NCBI GenBank assembly: GCA_951406725.2
Contig: OX597826.1
Location: 55,366,001-55,430,000 of the forward strand
DNA from: Octopus vulgaris
Taxonomy: Eukaryota
Length of the DNA stretch: 64,000 nucleotides
Direction: 5' to 3'
Below the pieces are notes generated by a model. It had not been told where the DNA came from. It ran no database searches and saw nothing but the letters and a program-made list of their open reading frames with translations. Positions 56,136 to 64,000 of this stretch are shown in pieces (positions within the stretch are counted from its first letter, which is position 1; every line of letters begins with the position of its first letter). The position numbers and the translations under genes were made by a program.

Positions 56136-57307
56136 TACATATATATACATATATATATAGAGAGATATATACATACAATATATATATATGTATATATATA
56201 TGATATATATATTTGTTTTTGTAAATACATATTTTTGCATAAAGGTATGTACTTATGCATATATATATATATATATATATATATGCATAAAAATGCATAC
56301 ATATATACAGCAGCTACTTATACGTATATACGTGAGTAAACGTGTGTGCGCATGTGTATGCGCCCACGCGCACGCACACTTACTCAAGCACACTAATGTG
56401 TGTCATACATACCTGAATATCTGCGTGCATGTTTGTCGTATATGTCTGTTTGAGTGTGTATGTGTGTGTGTGTGTGTGTGTGAATATGTGTGTTTTGCGC
56501 GCGTGCTGGAGAGATACAGCCAACCTGTTAAACCAAAGTAATCTAGTTAGTAACTCCCGTTGAGGGTACACCCCTTCCCACCATCCCTCTCTCTCTCTCT
56601 CTCTCTCTCTTTCTCCCCTTCCTTTCCCCTCCCCGCCGCTCTCTGTAACTCAATAAACGCGTAGAAGGAGAGACCAGCAAACTCATCCAATCAGAGCTGT
56701 ATGGTTGAAGTCAAATAAAAATGACTAATGAGCTTTCCACCCGAGGCTCTGGCTGCAGTTTGATTTAATATTCATCGGCTTCATTCATAGTATATTGAAT
56801 AAGCATAAAAAAATAGAGGCTTTGTGAATGACTGCTGCTGGATTGATGGAGACGTCGGCGGTGGAGGCCGGCCATAAATTTTTGACAATAATAGCAGCCA
56901 TTTTGATACTTGTTGTTTTGTTGCTGTTTGTAGTAATAGTCGTGAACGCAGGCTTAGCTAAGTGTTTCAGGATTTTTCCCTTCACAATCGTAAGGCGTTA
57001 GGTTCGATCCGAGATCCTGGCAAATTGCTCGAGTGCTTTTATCAAAGCCTAGCGTCGGCTCTCAAGTCTTGTGAGTAGAAATAAGTAGATGATAATTGTG
57101 TGGAAGCCCGTCCGATGGGACTCTACTTGTGACTCGGAGATCCAGTTTCGTCGGATATTGAGTTAGGCTGGTTCGTCTGGAGAACTGCGTAAAAGGTGTA
57201 CATGTCTGGAATATCCAACCATTTTGTCGCTAATTTAACGAATCAGAATCTCAAATGAGCTAACACTTGATTGCTCTTCATCAAAACCTATCGAGAATCC
57301 ATGAAAT

Positions 57308-57347
<40 letters not shown>

Positions 57348-57367
57348 CAGCAGCAGCAACCAACAAC

Positions 57368-60401
<3,034 letters not shown>

Positions 60402-60911
60402 TGAGTTAGAGAGCAGTGGATGCCGTCTAAGTGACACTGGGGTACAAATATTCGAAAACTAATCATGACTCTTTGTCTGATCTGAGGATACCATGTATAT
60501 GCATCACACTCATATGTGCGCCACATGGTGATCTTATATCAAGATAAACAGCGCATGACCTTGCACGCGGAGCTCAGTTAGAATTATCTTCAGGTTGATT
60601 AGCCCATCCTACTCAAAATGAACTTTATTTGAGGATGATGGAAGAAATACCTGTTTCCAGAGGTGAATTATTCAAACCCCAAAGAATCCCTATCAACACA
60701 TGGCTATGGTGCTGTCCCACTACTTATGTTCGGGATTAGAGATGCACATACTAAGAGACATGCTCAAATGATGATGGTCAAACGACAAGCAAATCTGTGG
60801 TATTGAGTAGAATATGTGTTGCTCATCACTTTTTTATATATCAAGACGAAACATGTACGTAATTCAAATGAACTGAGATCAAAAAGCCATGGGATCCACT
60901 CTCTGGTACTG
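60402..60911 (-). mobile_element. Diverged full-length copy of element X
   Basis: Colinear reverse complement of 1357-1902. Confidence 0.8.
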
Positions 60912-61119
60912 TTGTTCAGGCACCCATGGCTTTTGTTGGTTTTTCCACGAGGACCTTAAAGCGCCTCCCCTATTCGGAGTTTTAATTTGGTCAATTTCTA
61001 CTGTCATAATATTGTGCACACGCACAAAAACACATTGTATCGTTCTGTTTTTGTCGTGTATGTTTTTGTATGTCAATCAATGTTTTGTACGTGAGCTCTT
61101 GTGGCCAATAAAAGGATAA

Positions 61120-61187
<68 letters not shown>

Positions 61188-61204
61188 CATTATAAGTAGT
61201 AGTA

Positions 61205-61238
<34 letters not shown>

Positions 61239-61239
61239 G

Positions 61240-61315
<76 letters not shown>

Positions 61316-61849
61316 AACTAATATCACTACCGGTGATATTATCGTGCATTTTAGTCATGCTTGTCATTGTTTTGTTTTTTTGTAGACGCTGAGGAGTGTT
61401 TCTGGGCAGTTTTGATGTTGCTATTGTTGTTGTGTAGCTTTACACCATACTTGATCATTAGTGACGCACGCTGGTAGTCGGCTGAACTATGAAGCGCGAA
61501 TCACAGAGCCAGTTTCCAGGGTATACTTTGTCCAAGTTATACTTTATGTATGGGCAATATCCTTCTTCTTCATGAAACGGTTGCAATCGAGAAACACCTC
61601 ACAATAGGCAGAAGAAACTTTCACTAATAAATAAAGTAATATTTTAAAGCCTTAAAGAGAAAAAGAGTGTCTTAACGTTTCGGATATTAGTCTTTCATTA
61701 GAAACATAAAGCAAATAGAAGAAAAGCCTGGGAAGGTGAGAAAAAAAAGTAAGAAGTGTATGAAAGAAAAAGCGGGAAGGACAGGTGGAGGGTAAAGTGT
61801 TAGGAACCAGGAAGAATGTTGTTCTATGGAGGAAGTTAAAAAGGAAGAA

Positions 61850-62110
61850 AGAAATGGTTGTGTAGATGCAATGCAATGCCATGAATCTCAACCCCATATT
61901 AGCTTTGGTAGGTCCTCGATTTTACAGCGTGCATTTGTGGCAATGGCATCAATGCAACTGCGGGGTCTTCCTCTTCTATTAGGGTGTAGAAATCACCAAA
62001 TTATAACATCTGATATGGATTGATTTTCAGTACGTTAGTAGTGGCTAACAAAAACCTACCTTGGGTTAAGCATTAAATGCTGATTCAATATCTGTACCTG
62101 TGCAGACCTG
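61850..62110 (-). pseudogene. Decayed RTE-like ORF C-terminus
   Basis: ENQSISDVIIW*...RRGRPRSCIDAI...IEDLPKLIW matches the RTE C-terminal pattern. Confidence 0.55.
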
Positions 62111-62989
62111 GCGATAGCCACAACCGAAGTCGGCAGGGATTACTCGGTTAGAGCGTGACAATCGTTTTTCCTCTGCAGTTGTTGTTGCTAGATTACATCC
62201 TATTCCAGTGTTTGGAACCAGGTAGATTATTGATGAACTAGTTATTTGTGTGTGTGATCACTATTTCATATATATTTACTGGGAGGAGAGGCAGAGACAG
62301 TATGCATTTAATTACGTTGTATTTTCACTCTCGTTTACTATATAAGCCTGGGTGCCAATTCTATGGACTCTGGGTGGTGGTGGTGATGGTGGTGGGGGCG
62401 AAGTATACAGAAACAACGAAGTATATCCCTTACATATCTAAGAATTATTCTATTTATTTATTTCGCTGTGGTTTGTTACTGTAGTCAATATACATGTAAC
62501 GATGTATAATGCATTGTTGAACGTACTTTGTGTTGCTTCTGAGAGATTTAACATCCAGTAAGGATTAGCATTGTCCATAATAGATCTAGTGCATTGTTTG
62601 TAAAAAATTATTTATTTCTGTTCTTAAAATACGACACATTACTTTAAGAGCGTTTGAACATCATTCTGCTTTATTTACGATATCTTCTATTTGTATCGTA
62701 AATCTTCCGGATTCATTTTATGTATTTACCTATATATCTATGTACCTCCAAGTATTTTGTTTTGTAAGATGTATATGGTAAATTTATGATTTTCAATATC
62801 GTTGGTTATATCTGATGTGATTTGCTGTTATTAGTAATGAAATAGTGAAGTGAATAGCTGCTACTTTAAGCCTTTTGCTGTGGAAACAGGATTCAATAGG
62901 AACAATGTACGGACCCATTTCGTTTTATGGGTTTTGCTATTGCTGATACTGATACTGTTGTTGTGTTGTTGTTGTTGTTGTTGTTGTTG

Positions 62990-63187
62990 TTAAGCAACAA
63001 GGCGGATAAGGGTGATTAGGTGATGGTCTGGGGCTTGGAGGCGGGAGGCCCCCAGACCTTGGAAAAAAAAAAACTTTGGTCGTCTTCTTGTAGTCGAGGG
63101 CTGTTCGTTGACGCCCGACACCACTAGGAGGTGGCCCCCGAAGTCGCTGGAAATGGAATTCTCCAGGTCCAAATTCTTGGACGGCTA
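62990..63187 (-). mobile_element. Short GC-rich element with HDV-like ribozyme motif, 3' hairpin and (CAA)n tail
   Basis: ACC-TCCTAGT-GGT P3/L3, P2 CGGGGGC/GCCCTCG, CGAA; hairpin GGTCTGGGG/CCCCAGACC. Confidence 0.45.
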
Positions 63188-63774
63188 TTGCTGATGCTGC
63201 TTTGGTTGCTATTTAGCCCTGTGTCAGTTAAGATGTACAGTATGATCACATATTTACTTCGCTTATTGATAATATACTTTGTCAATCAATGAGTACCGTC
63301 ACTGTATGCGTCACACTGTATGGGTGAGCTCGTCAGTGAGCGCTCTGTCAACCTTAAAAGTAACCTGAAATGAACAATACACTTTATAAAGTGCTTAGAC
63401 ACGAGGGTACCACGCTGGGAAATTTGGAGGGTTCTACCAGGCACAGAGGTTTAAAATTCTCCTATCTATGAATTGTGTTGGGTTGCATATATTTTCGATA
63501 TAGCAAACAGAAAATCTCATCTAGCAGACACACTCAAACACAAATAAAAAATACGCACGCGTACACATGCGTACACAAATACATATAGAGAATCATCTGC
63601 CATCAAATGAAAAATAATAATCGTCTACGCTATTTTTCCACAACAATAATAGTGACTGAGTAAACATTATGAAACTTACAGTAAGTAAACATATAAAACT
63701 TTCTCAAACTTTTTAAAGAAATGGCTGTCTTTGTTTCACGAATCTTGACATCGCTCAGCTCATATATCTATATC

Positions 63775-63823
<49 letters not shown>

Positions 63824-63862
63824 GCACACACATACGTAAAGTTTAAACATATCCACTTACAT

Positions 63863-63923
<61 letters not shown>

Positions 63924-64000
63924 TTGTGTATGTATAAGCACTCCAAAAGAAATAAATTCAATCATGAAGTTGTATATTATTTTTTTTCTTATGTATTTAT

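Overview
AT-rich, repeat-saturated eukaryotic intergenic or intronic DNA. The repeat content points to an octopus/cephalopod genome (inference from the SINE types, RLE-clade LINE debris and the density of (TA)n, (TACA)n, (AAT)n and (AAG)n tracts). I cannot support any intact host protein-coding gene, and nearly all ORFs in the track are microsatellite translation artefacts. Recognisable content: fragments of RTE, R4/Dong-like (RLE endonuclease) and CR1-group non-LTR retrotransposons; three Tc1/mariner derivatives; about 30 copies of three tRNA-derived SINE groups with swappable tails; and a ~2.6 kb perfect (ATT)n tract. The most interesting signal is a set of short ribozyme-bearing retroelements. 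(1) A SINE-like unit with a tRNA-like head, an (AAT)n linker and a minimal type I hammerhead tail. It occurs twice as a head-to-head inverted composite, once with a 13-bp TSD around the whole composite, which suggests Penelope-type mobilisation. (2) Several other type I hammerheads, one apparently intact at 49582-49667. (3) A ~200-bp element with an R2-style HDV-like ribozyme motif. (4) A ~550-bp (TAA)n-associated non-coding element with a tail-to-head permuted copy. All coordinates were read by eye and are approximate; no folding or database search was run.
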